Below are positions 40,586 to 51,700 of a stretch of 64,000 bases of DNA, one piece after another. The notes beneath the pieces are model-generated. The model made no database searches and had not been told where the DNA came from. It saw only the letters and a program-made list of their open reading frames with translations. The translations under genes were made by a program, and so were the position numbers. This DNA is from Candidatus Poribacteria bacterium (GTDB lineage: Bacteria > Poribacteria > WGA-4E > PCPOR2b), in the NCBI GenBank assembly GCA_965208325.1, contig OZ242326.1, positions 736,001 to 800,000 of the forward strand. The letters are read 5' to 3'. Each line of letters begins with the position of its first letter. Position 1 is the stretch's first letter.

Positions 40586-41263
40586 ATGTTAATTCGATAT
40601 CTATTTTACTTACCGCTACTGGTAGCAGCTATGTACGGATGGGCGGATGTGGATGAATCAATATCCACACAGCAGCAAGCCAACCGTCCGACCTCCATAA
40701 CGCCCGCCTGAAGTGCCTGACCGGGCGAAGGTGCACCGCTTCGGGGAAGCGGGATTCAAAAAAATTGGGCAATTTCGTGGCGTTATATCCGTACAGAGTT
40801 GGACCGGCCTCGCTGGCGGACGACACTGAATTACGCGGTGGCAAATAGACTTCAACTCGGCGTCGAATTCAATCCCGCTGCACGTGAGTTCGCACCGCTC
40901 GCCAACTTGTTTCTCTTCACTGAAACCAACGTCCGACCCGCGGCTGTTATAGGAACAAGTTCAGACCGTGTCGGGTCGCCGCCAAAAGAACAGGCATACT
41001 TTTTGACAATCGCCAAGCGTCTGCCCAGCGTGCCAATCTCGGCCTATGCAACCATCAACTACTCCGAATGGGACAACGGGTTCAATTTCCCTTTCGGTGC
41101 TAGCATTGATCTCGGTAATGGCTTCACTGTGCGCGGCATGTACGACGGAGATCTACCTCACCTGATGTTGAACTACTACTTTAAAGAGTTCAGCTTAAGT
41201 CTAATGTACATAAGTATCGATCAATCGCAAAGGCCGGGCATCGCGCTTTCCTCATCATTCTAA
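40586..41263 (+). CDS. Candidate exported selenoprotein with a UxxU motif and outer-membrane beta-barrel-like body (225 aa)
   Basis: ATG 40586 is in frame with the 40799 ORF. It reads MLIRYLFYLPLLVAAMYGWA|DVDE...TPA-TGA-S-A-TGA-PGEG, followed by a SECIS-like hairpin; C-terminal Phe. Confidence 0.75.
40736..40752 (+). promoter_or_regulatory. Putative bacterial SECIS hairpin
   Basis: CCGCTTC-GGG-GAAGCGG, a perfect 7-bp stem with G loop, starting 15 nt after the second UGA. Confidence 0.65.
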
Positions 41264-41294
41264 ACATTTTAATTTCCTGTTCACAACGTGTCTG

Positions 41295-42167
41295 ATGGAC
41301 GAGAATTTCCGCCAATTTCTCATTGACGGCGAACGCGCAGGAATGCAGTACGCACTGACTGCACCGCGCAATGTGCCCTTTGGGTTAGCCGGAAATCTAA
41401 CAGGGAAGCGTCCGGGGAGTTCACTGGAGTTTATTGACCACCGGGAATACCAACCGGGCGACGACCTGCGAAGAATTGATTGGGGCGGCTTCGCTCGAAG
41501 CGACAAATTGACGGTAAAGTTGTACCGTGACGAAGTCAACCCGCATCTAGACCTTGTCATTGATGGATCGCGCTCCATGGCACTTGAAAACTGCCCCAAA
41601 GCGCAAGCTACGCTTGGGTTAGCGGCAGTTTTTGCAACGGCGGCTGCGAATGCCGGTTACTCCCACTCCACCTGGATGGCGGGGGATGGATATCGCAGGG
41701 TGGGAAACGGCGCAGACCGACCCTCAATTTGGCAGGGGATTGACTTTGAATATCGGGGCGACCCTTCCACGTCTTTCGCCAAACTCCCGCCCTCGTGGCG
41801 TCCCTATGGGATGCGCGTGTTACTTAGCGACCTGCTCTGGCCGAGCGACCCGACCGCGGCGCTGTCTCGATTCGCTGAACGCGCCGCCGCCGTAATTCTG
41901 GTCCAAGTCTTATCGGAGGTAGACGTTAATCCCATTGAACGCGGCAACATTCGACTTGTTGATTCAGAGACCGATGATGTGCAAGAAATATTCTTGGACG
42001 CGGTTGCTGAAAAGCGGTACCGCGCCGCATTCGCACACCATCAGGAGAACTGGAATCTCGCCGCGAAACGCGCTGGAATTGTGATGACAACGGTTATGGC
42101 AGAGCGCATCCTGAGCGATTGGAGATTAGAAACGCTGGTTGCCGCTGAGGTGCTAAACACGGCATAG
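41295..42167 (+). CDS. DUF58 family protein (MoxR-associated)
   Basis: GSSLEFIDHREYQPGDDLRRIDW, IDGSRSM, LLSDL. Confidence 0.92.
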   Translation: MDENFRQFLIDGERAGMQYALTAPRNVPFGLAGNLTGKRPGSSLEFIDHREYQPGDDLRRIDWGGFARSDKLTVKLYRDEVNPHLDLVIDGSRSMALENCPKAQATLGLAAVFATAAANAGYSHSTWMAGDGYRRVGNGADRPSIWQGIDFEYRGDPSTSFAKLPPSWRPYGMRVLLSDLLWPSDPTAALSRFAERAAAVILVQVLSEVDVNPIERGNIRLVDSETDDVQEIFLDAVAEKRYRAAFAHHQENWNLAAKRAGIVMTTVMAERILSDWRLETLVAAEVLNTA

Positions 42168-42273
42168 ACACTCAATATAACCGAAAACCATTACATTCAA
42201 TCCGCGGACTAGTTGAAACAACATCGTGACATATAGCAATCGAATAAACTTTTTATATTATTCAGATTCACGC

Positions 42274-42303
42274 TTGACCTAACTTGCAGACTCATTATAT
42301 AAT
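42274..42303 (+). promoter_or_regulatory. Putative sigma-70 promoter of the TonB-dependent receptor
   Basis: TTGACC-18nt-TATAAT. Confidence 0.5.
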
Positions 42304-42467
42304 ACCCGTTGATCTCTACGGATTTGAGCGCTGAAACACGATTCATGACGCCGATTCCTCGCAAAGCAATTTTTCAATTGATAAATCTTCCGTAAATTCT
42401 GATTCCGAGTTGCTGCTTATGAGCGCAGCCATCAAAAACCTTTCTTAGTACATAAGGAGATTGCAAA

Positions 42468-45359
42468 ATGCAACAATCCAAGTTAAAAAATATTTTGTTA
42501 TTAATCGTGGTTTTGACGGTAGCTGGGCTGATGGCGCCGGTACAATCCGCCTCCCAAACCATGACCGATTCAAATGCTCAATCCAGTGACGAATTCGACG
42601 ATTCGGACATGGATGCCGCGTCCGATACCGGCGATGCCATGGAGGACATGACCGATCAGTCGTCAGAAATCATTGAACTGGAACAGGTATCCGTCACAGC
42701 GTCCCGGCGCAGGGAAAAGGTGCTTGAAGCACCGGCGTCAGTTGCCGTAGTGGGGTCTACCCAAATCAAAGACCGAGTCACGTCAACCCTGTCCGAGCAC
42801 GTAAAGTCCGTGCGCGGCGTAGACCTTGCTAAGACAGGATTGGGAGCGTCGCATGTCGTTGTGCGCGGCTTCAATAACGTCTTCTCAGGGACGCTGCTGT
42901 CGCTCGTTGACAACCGGATTGCCCGCGTTCCTTCGCTGCGTTTGAACGCTTACACGCTCATCCCGACATCGAACGAGGATATTGAACAGATTGAAGTCGT
43001 ATCGGGTCCTGGCGCTGCGCTTTACGGCCCTAACAGCGCCAACGGCGTCATGCACATCCTCACGAAATCTCCTTTCAACTCGCAAGGAACCACCGTCAGC
43101 ATCGGCGGCGGCGAGCGGAGCGTGCTCCTGGGATCGCTTCGGCACGCTGGCGTAATCAATGAAAATATCGGCTACAAGTTTTCTGCCAACGCATTCCGAG
43201 GTGATGACTGGGAAGAGGGACGCGCAGAAGCTGATTTAAACGGCGTAAAACCGCCCGAGTTTGATACTTACAGAGCTGGCGGTGACTTTCGCGTTGACTA
43301 CCGCCCGACTAGCGACCTAACGACAATTGTTGCAAGTGGATTCACCCAAACGACGGGTTTGGAAATGACTGGCATCGGCGCCGGGCAAGCCAAGAACTGG
43401 ACTTACGGCTATGTCCAGGGCCGCCTAATCTACAAAGACCTTTTCGCGCAGGCCTTTTGGAACCGCAGTGACGCCGGGGATACCTACACGCTGCGGGCAG
43501 GTGACCCAATTATCGACAATTCCGATTTGTATGTTGGGCAGATACAACACGGATACAGCTTGAGTGAGAATCAACGGTTCACGTATGGCTTGGATTTATT
43601 GCTGACCCGCCCTGATACTGAAGGCTCAATCAACGGACGCAACGAAGACAATGACAACGTCAACGAGGTCGGCGCTTACTTGCAGTCGGAAACAAAAATT
43701 CTTCCCGAGTTAAAGTTCATCGCCGCGGCGAGGGTTGATGACCACAACCACCTCAATGACCTAGTGCTTTCGCCGCGTGCAGCACTCGCCCTTCAGCCAA
43801 ACGATAACCACAACATCAGACTCACTTACAACCGCGCCTTCAGCACACCGTCTTCCTCGAACCTGTTCCTTGATGTCGTTTCGATTCCTGACGCGTTCGG
43901 TATTGGCGCGGCGTTCCAGCCCGCATTGGGATTCAATCCAGCAATCGATATTCGTGCACAGGGGGTTAGCAGCGAAACCGGATTTACCTTCAAGAGAAGC
44001 GCGGATGGTCGGCCAGAATTCCGTTCACCGTTCTCAGCGGTTGCAAATCTTCCTGCTGACCAATACATTCCGCTTGACGACCCAGTCTTTACCAACGTTA
44101 TGTGGAATGTCGGCAGATCCGCTATCTTGAGTGAAGCGCAGCCGCAGTTTGAAGCCGGCTTAAAGCAAGCGTTTACTCCTGAAGCACTGCCGCAATTACT
44201 GCAAAGCCAGTCGCCGGCGCAGATTGAGGGCATCGTGTCAACGCTGCCGACAGAAGTGACGCAGCTTTTACCGCCAGCATTTCAACAGCCGGGCGCCATT
44301 GCGGCGCTGCCGCCCGAAATACTTCAACCGCTAATTCCACAAATTCTCGGATCGCTACCCGCCCCAGTGGTTGAAGGACTCACTGCTTCTCTCATCGCCG
44401 ACCTGTCAGCCGGTTTTGCAAACGCCGTACCGGCACAGGTTTCAGGCGTGAAAAACTCCCTGCTTGCGCTAAATCCGGAGACAGAGGAATTTGAGCCGAT
44501 TGCGGACGTAAACGACGTTGACCCCATTACTCCAACGATTACACAAACATATGAAATGGGTTACAAAGGGATTCTCATGGATAAAATCGCGTTCTCCGCG
44601 GACGTGTATCACACAAGAATTAACGATTTCATCGGTCCCTTGGTGGTTGAAACGCCCAACGTCTTCTTGGACGCAAATACTTTAGGCGCTTCCATTGCCC
44701 AACAACTCACCGAAACATTGAGCGATCCGAAGAACGCATTGCTCAACCAGGCGCTGCTCGCATTCGACTCGCCGGCGCAAGGTGGAAATGGGGATGGTTC
44801 AGCCGTCGATGAGTTGACGAAGTTGTTCGTCGCCGGCACCGATAACAACGGCGCCGCGTTCATTCCCTTTGGCACCGTGTCCCCCGATCAGGCAGGTGAC
44901 CCGAACGCAGTGATGCTTACCTATCGTAACTACGGCGACATCTCGCTTAACGGAGCCGACCTAAGCCTGACTTACTATCTCAACCATAGTCTGAGCGTGA
45001 CCGGGAATTACTCGTTCGTCAGCAAGGACCTTTTTGAGACCGATATTCGCAACATCGCCCTAAACGCGCCAAAGAATAAGTTCGGCACGAACGTCCAATA
45101 CCTCAACCCCAATTTAGGTCTTGGCGCTGGCGTCGCGATGCGCTATGTCGCTGGATTCCCGATGAACTCCGGTGTCTATATCGGTGACGTTGAGTCGTAT
45201 TACACCATTGATGTTAGTGCGGGTTACGATTTACCGTTCGGCCCCAAACCCCGCCTGTCGCTAACCGTACAAAACCTTCTGGACAAAATGCACCAGCAAT
45301 TTGTCGGTGCCCCGTACATTGGCCGTCTGTCAATGTTGCGCTTGACACAGACATTTTAA
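42468..45359 (+). CDS. TonB-dependent receptor
   Basis: Signal peptide, TonB-box-like EQVSVTASR, plug motif IEQIEVVSGPGAALYG.N...GV, NLLDK and terminal Phe. Confidence 0.92.
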   Translation: MQQSKLKNILLLIVVLTVAGLMAPVQSASQTMTDSNAQSSDEFDDSDMDAASDTGDAMEDMTDQSSEIIELEQVSVTASRRREKVLEAPASVAVVGSTQIKDRVTSTLSEHVKSVRGVDLAKTGLGASHVVVRGFNNVFSGTLLSLVDNRIARVPSLRLNAYTLIPTSNEDIEQIEVVSGPGAALYGPNSANGVMHILTKSPFNSQGTTVSIGGGERSVLLGSLRHAGVINENIGYKFSANAFRGDDWEEGRAEADLNGVKPPEFDTYRAGGDFRVDYRPTSDLTTIVASGFTQTTGLEMTGIGAGQAKNWTYGYVQGRLIYKDLFAQAFWNRSDAGDTYTLRAGDPIIDNSDLYVGQIQHGYSLSENQRFTYGLDLLLTRPDTEGSINGRNEDNDNVNEVGAYLQSETKILPELKFIAAARVDDHNHLNDLVLSPRAALALQPNDNHNIRLTYNRAFSTPSSSNLFLDVVSIPDAFGIGAAFQPALGFNPAIDIRAQGVSSETGFTFKRSADGRPEFRSPFSAVANLPADQYIPLDDPVFTNVMWNVGRSAILSEAQPQFEAGLKQAFTPEALPQLLQSQSPAQIEGIVSTLPTEVTQLLPPAFQQPGAIAALPPEILQPLIPQILGSLPAPVVEGLTASLIADLSAGFANAVPAQVSGVKNSLLALNPETEEFEPIADVNDVDPITPTITQTYEMGYKGILMDKIAFSADVYHTRINDFIGPLVVETPNVFLDANTLGASIAQQLTETLSDPKNALLNQALLAFDSPAQGGNGDGSAVDELTKLFVAGTDNNGAAFIPFGTVSPDQAGDPNAVMLTYRNYGDISLNGADLSLTYYLNHSLSVTGNYSFVSKDLFETDIRNIALNAPKNKFGTNVQYLNPNLGLGAGVAMRYVAGFPMNSGVYIGDVESYYTIDVSAGYDLPFGPKPRLSLTVQNLLDKMHQQFVGAPYIGRLSMLRLTQTF

Positions 45360-45531
45360 CAATAGGCATGACTGAGTCGAGATTTTGGGTTGACTGGGTT
45401 AATATTGGCAAATTCGTTATTGCATTTTCCTTCAGTTTGCCAAGAATTTGCTCCAATTTTCATGTTGTTGGATTAGCATGGGGATTTCCCAAAATCTTGT
45501 CGCAGCCGAATTTTACCTTCAATCCAAGCAC

Positions 45532-45594
45532 AGAAACCGAGTTTATTTCAATCCTTAAGCTACGAGAACTTTATCGTGAATAAACTCGGTTTCT
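45532..45594. repeat. Palindromic intergenic element (AGAAACCGAGTTT family)
   Basis: 16-bp perfect inverted repeat AGAAACCGAGTTTATT...AATAAACTCGGTTTCT; related copy at 62622-62653. Confidence 0.65.
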
Positions 45595-45778
45595 CTTAAA
45601 TTTTTTGTAGGACGCTGCTCCTCCCAAAAATGGCGTTGCCTTCAACTGACGCCAGTCGGATTCCGTCTCATCTTATTGGTGACTTGCACGCCTAGAGCCC
45701 GCCCGCCTCGCGCCATGGCACTGTCAACGCGGAAGTGTCAAAGCCCCGTGAAAATTCAATTGCAAAAGGAAACAGCCC

Positions 45779-48700
45779 TTGAAAAAATTTGTCCTGATTG
45801 CACTCGCCACCCTCATCCTTTCACAAGTCAACACTACGCGAAGTACCACTGACCACGCCTCGCACGAGCCCATACAATCTGCGCTACAGTCAAAGCGTTT
45901 CAATGATGCGGTACACCTCATTGATACCGCATTGACGGCATCAGAGAATCAACCTGACTATCTGCTCTATCTTAAGGGGCTTGCGCTGTTCCATAATGGG
46001 GATTACCGGAACGCAATTGGGACGTGCGGCCAGGTCATACAGGATTACCCTGATTCCACTTGGTTGAGGAAAGCGGCGTTTCTTCAAGCCAAGAGTCATC
46101 TCAAACTGAAGGAATTTAAGCAGGCTGAAGCAATCTACAGCAAAGAGGTTAGTCGGCTTCTCTCGTCCAGACGCAAATCGGAAATTGCCCAAATTTACAT
46201 TCAGCTTGCCGAAACCTTCGCGCAAAAACCCAATGACGCAGATCTCGATGCCCCCCAGCCGAACTACCAGAAAGCGTACGAACTGTATCAAAAGGTATTG
46301 ACGCTAGAGATTGACGCTAACCTACGCGAAACGGCCGCCTTCCAACTCGGACGCATGATGCAGTTGCAGGAGAATTACGCACAAGCCGTTGTTGACTACG
46401 AAGCCTACCTTACACAATTTGATCCCAGTTTTCAGCGCCCGCCCGCTTTGCCAATGCCTTCAAAGAAGAGCAAAACGCTTGATGGCCGACGCTATCATGC
46501 CCGTTACCATCTTGCGGAATGCCAGATAGCGTTGAATCAGCACCTACAGGCGCGATTGACACTTGAGGACATGTTAAAATTGGCTGATGTTGGAAGCAAG
46601 GCACTATTACCTCTCGCCAAAGACGCTCGCTTCTTGTTGACCCGGACCTACCGTTTCCCGGCGCCCAACTCCAACGAGGAGTTGGAATTAGGCGTACAAT
46701 CCGCCAGAAGGTTTCAGGAGCAGTTTCCTCGTGACTTGCGCTCAATGACGCTAGCGCACGAAATCGCTGAAGCATATCGGGCGCGGCATCGAAGCGAGGA
46801 AGCGCTCGCCGCCTACCAAGATGTTATCGACAAAAAGAGCTTCAAAGTAACCCAAAAGAAGTGGCAAATTTCAAATCTCAACAACCAAGATTACCATTAC
46901 CTCCGTACTTCCGCCGCATTTCAAATCGGAAACATTCTGTTCGAACAGCGAAAATATAACCATGCAATTGAAGCGTGGAATAGATACATTCGAGAATTTC
47001 CCAACGGACCTCAATGGACCGACGCCCAACAGGGAATTGTTAACGCCGAATTCCAAATTGGTGTAACGCTCCTCGCCGCGGAAAAACACGAAGAAGCCGT
47101 GAATGCGTTCGATGCCTTCCAAGCAAAACACCCGCTGGATGAACGAGTGCGGCAGATAATGTTTATTTATGGCCAAATTCACGCTCACAAATCCGAGCAT
47201 CAGCTTGCAATTGCCGAGTGGGAAAAGCTCGTGAGAAAATTCCCGAACACTGAAGAATCATCGCTAGCGCTCTTTCGCATCGGGCAGACCTACGAAATTA
47301 AATTGGGAGATCTGGAAAATGCGCTAGAATCTTACCGAAGGCTAACCTGGGGAAGCTGGCACCCTCATGCGCAAGAGGTAATTCGCCAGATGACGGAAAA
47401 AAGCCTTCAACTTGTCACACCGCGCACTTTCCGCACGAATGAACCGCCTTACGTACACGTGTCGCTTCGCAATATTGAATCCCTCACGGTGAATCTTTAC
47501 AAGCTCAATCTTGAAGCCTACTGGCGCAAGATGCACGAAGTGAAAGGCGTGGAGGATCTCGATCTTGGGTTGATTGAGCCGAACAAAACTTGGCAATACA
47601 ATGTGCCTGAATACGAGAAGCACAAAAGCTTTGAGTGCGAAATCAACATCCCGTTTGCCGGACCCGGCGTTTACGCGGTACAACTCGGCGATGAGTCGCT
47701 CGAATCAACCACACTCCTCATTCGCAGCGATATTGAGACTATCACCAAGACATCCCGCCGCGAGGTACTTGTATTCGTGCAAAATATGCTGAACGGAGAA
47801 GTGGTCGCCGATGCTAAGGTGCTTGTAAGCGACGGCTCAAGCGTAATTTTCGAAGGACGCACTGGAGCGGACGGTGTACTCCATGCAACTGAACGCGGCA
47901 TTTTGGATTACGCGTCAGTAGAGAACCAACTTAAGGATGCGAGTCGGGTGGCGGCATTCGTCGTCAAGGGTGGACACGCCGCCGCAGACGGGTTAGACAT
48001 TTCAGGGCTTGGCTTCAGCAAAGGCTTGACGCCGCGCGGCTATATCTACACCGACCGGCCCGCATACCGACCGCGAGAAAGCGTTTCATTGCGCGGCATA
48101 ATCCGCGATGTTAGCGATGGCGCCTACGTGGTACCGGACGGCGCACCATTTAACGTCTCGGTCATTGATGCTCGGGGACGCCAAATCCATAAAGAGGAGG
48201 TCACACTCTCTCAGTTTGGCGGGTTTGATACGCAGTTGCAGCTTGACAATGCCGCCTCTGTCGGCGAATACCGCATCCGTGTGGCACAATTCGACCCAGA
48301 TACAAAGCTAGATATCCCAAGCCACATATTCACAGGAAACTTCCAAGTTCAGCGATTCCAACTCGAAAAGGTACAGTTGCTGCTCGATTTTCCGCGCAGC
48401 GTCTACTTTCGCGGTGAACAGGTGGATGCTACCTTTACGGCACGATACTATTACGGCCAGCCGGTGAAGAACGCAAAAATTCAATACAAACTTCCCGACG
48501 GCCGGAGCTATACTGAAACCGCTGATAATCGGGGAATACTGAAGGTCAATTTCGATACGGCATCTATGCAACCCGGCAAACCGCTTCATTTCAGCGGGAC
48601 GGTTCTGGGTGAGAATGTTAGCGTTAAAACCTCTGTGACGCTTGCGCATCTCGGATATTCAATTTCGGTGCAACCTGACGCTAAACTTGTGCTCTCCGGT

Positions 48701-51700
48701 GAACCGTTCCACGTAACAGTTCACACTAAAGGAGCTGATGGGCGTCCGGTTGGCAAGAAATTAACCGTCAAGGTGGTAAAAAAGCAGAGCAGCAGTCCCA
48801 TTTCGCCAGTGATGTCTCAGGTTCCTTGGATTAATAGAGAAGGTGTGTTCCGTTCTGCCGAAATTATCATCCAAGAACACAGCCTGCAGACAGATTCCCT
48901 AACTGGTGCCGGTACAATTCAGTTGGCCCTAAACACCGGCGGCGTTTTTGAAGTCCGCGCCAGTGGTACCGATCGGTTCGGTCAAACTGTCGTCGGCTCT
49001 CGGAGCGTCACTATCTCCGACGACGGCGATAAAACCAAACTTCGCATTTTCGCCCAGGGTACAAAGACGCAGGTGGGCGCCTCCGAAACGCTTCGCCTTC
49101 ACTCGCGATTGAAACCCGTACACACTCTGATCACATACGAAGGTGAAGTCATTATCGGATATGAAGTCCGCGTGCTGAAACCGGGAAATAATCGGCTTCA
49201 GTTCACAATCGGGCACCAACACTTCCCGGATTTTTACATTGGGGTAGCGGCAATTGAAGATCGAAGCCTACACACCGCAAGGAAACGCTTTACCGTCGAA
49301 AGGCAACTAAATTTATCCGTGACTTGGACGGATACCGATCCGATTCACGGCTCCAACCAGACGCTTCCCGGCTATATGCCCGGTGCGGCCGCGAAAATCC
49401 AAGTCCGCGCTACTGATCAACTTGGTCAGCCGGTCAGGGCTGAATTTTCACTCGCGTTGGTGGACGAAGCGCTGTTCGCCATATACAAAGATGGCGTGAT
49501 GAATATTAACGATTTCTTCCAGAAAGGGCTCCGGCGCCGTGCAGCCATGCGCACCGCTTCAAGCTGTACCTTCCAATACATGCCAACTACACGGCCTGTA
49601 GTTCAGGAGGCTTTAGCTGAGGCACGACGGCTCTTAATTGAAGCGGAGGCGCTTAGTCTTGAGGACATTGATTCTGGGAAAACGGCAGAAAGAGTATTTT
49701 CAAGGAAACGGCGCGTGCGCCCATCTGTTCTTAAGCGGGCAATGCGCGAAAGACGCCCTAATGTGCCTTCTTATGATGAACCAAAGGTACGAGAAGAATC
49801 TACCTACGCCGGTTTTTGGATAGGAATCGTCATCACAGACGATGCTGGCTTGGCAATTGTAACCATCCCCATGCCGGAAAAGACGACGAAATGGCGGCTG
49901 ACTGCGCGTGGATCCACCGTTGATACACTCGTTGGACAAGTCAGTGTGAACGCCGTGACGCGGAAAGATCTCTTCCTCAACGTGCGCACCCCGGCATTCG
50001 TTACCGAAGGCGATGAGCTGCGATTAGGCGTCCGACTCCATAACATGACCGACTACAGAGGAGAAGCCGACGTTCAAATCACGATGTCCGTTGATGAATC
50101 ACAGCCCGTTTACCGAGACCACAAAAGAACTACGATTACGGCCCAAGATGCGGCAGAGATAATCTTCGACAGGTTCACTATCCCCTCTGGAAAACTGCAC
50201 ACCAGTTCACAACCAAGCCAAATTACCATTGAGGCGATGGCAACTGCGGGCTCATTGAGCGATGGAATTCAGCGCACAATCCCGGTTCGCCCGTGGGGTC
50301 TGGAATACACCGATACGCAGAGCGGAACGGCGGCTAGCAATAAAACAGTTTACGTGCAACTCCCGTCCGATTTGCGCTACACGCGGAAAGGACTTTCAGT
50401 CAATATTGGTCCGAGCGTATCGCGGCTAATTTATGATCTCGCACTCGACCACTATCCCCGGCCATACCAGATTGGGTCTGTAAGACGACCGCTCATCATT
50501 CCCAGTGATGCCGGCAGCGACCTACTCGCGGTGGCGTCCGCCATCGACTATCAAAAACAAGTGGACGGCAATCCGACCGATAACCGCAGGTTGCTGACTC
50601 GGGCGATGACGCTCGTCAATCGACTCGTAACGACACAAAATGAAGACGGCGGCTGGAGTCTGGTTCGTGGTGCGGCAGGGAGCAACGGCCGTGTATCAGC
50701 CCGCAACCTTTGGGCGTTGACAACGACACGCGGCAGCGGCGTTGCGGTTAACGACCAGACGATTGCCAACGCTGTACATTTCCTCAAAACAGCTTTCGCC
50801 CAGACCGATAAAAACGGCGAAGACACACAGGCGTCAACCCTCCATGCCCTCTCGACGCTAGGTGACGTGGATTTCGCGCACGCAAACCGCCTGTATCGGC
50901 GTCGGAATCAGTTGAGCAATGTTTCGTTGGCATACGCTGCATTGGTCTTTGTTAATCTCAACCGCTTGGAGATTGCGGGCGAGATACTTGATATATTGGA
51001 ACGCCGCGGTCTATTGCCCGATGAAAAAAGGAACTCAAAGGCTTCTACTTCGTACGCAGCCAGCGGTCAAGTGGAGACCGTGGCTTTGGCGCTGTTAAGC
51101 ATGCAAGCAGTCCGCCCAAGTTCTGCGTGGGTAAAGGATGCGGTGGATTATCTAATTGATCAACGCCGTTACTACGGTTATTCGCCGTACGCCGCTAAGG
51201 GCGCCGTCGTCGCCGCACTAGCAACCTACTATCAGGCGGCGCAATATGCGGCAGACGACTACAGACTAATCTTGCTCGTGAACGGTGAACCGCTCGAAAC
51301 AATTGCAATTCAGAAGGATTCTATTAACCGCCTAATTCACGTGCCCGCCGCGCAAATTCTCGACGGACAGAACCGCGTCGAGATGCAAATCGAAGGGCAG
51401 GGGACTTATACGTACCTTGTTACAATCAGCGGGTTTTCTCAAGACGTGCCGAACTGGGTCGGCGCTGAACCGGAGATGGGCGGAAGTTTGAAAAACACAC
51501 GAATTAACCGCCGTTACCTTCACCCACCGCTTGAATATCGGGGCAAGCCCATCGGCGTGCAGAGTACGTCAGGAATTACTCAATTGGAAGCCGGGGCAAA
51601 GATGCAAGTCTCTGTCAACATCGTGCATGGCATTGGCGCGCTCACGCCCGACCACAGGTCTAAGGGCGCGTACGTCGTTGTGGATGAATTTTTCCCCGCC

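Noticed and set aside
40709..40720. Reading the two TGAs as pseudogene nonsense mutations or as genetic-code reassignment
   Set aside because: The CxxC-like spacing, hairpin and intact expression signals favour Sec, and TGA is a normal stop in other genes here (e.g. moxR, VWA). Pseudogenisation is not fully excluded.
42304..42467. Riboswitch in the TonB receptor leader
   Set aside because: No cobalamin, TPP or other recognisable consensus; only a small GCTGC/GCAGC hairpin.
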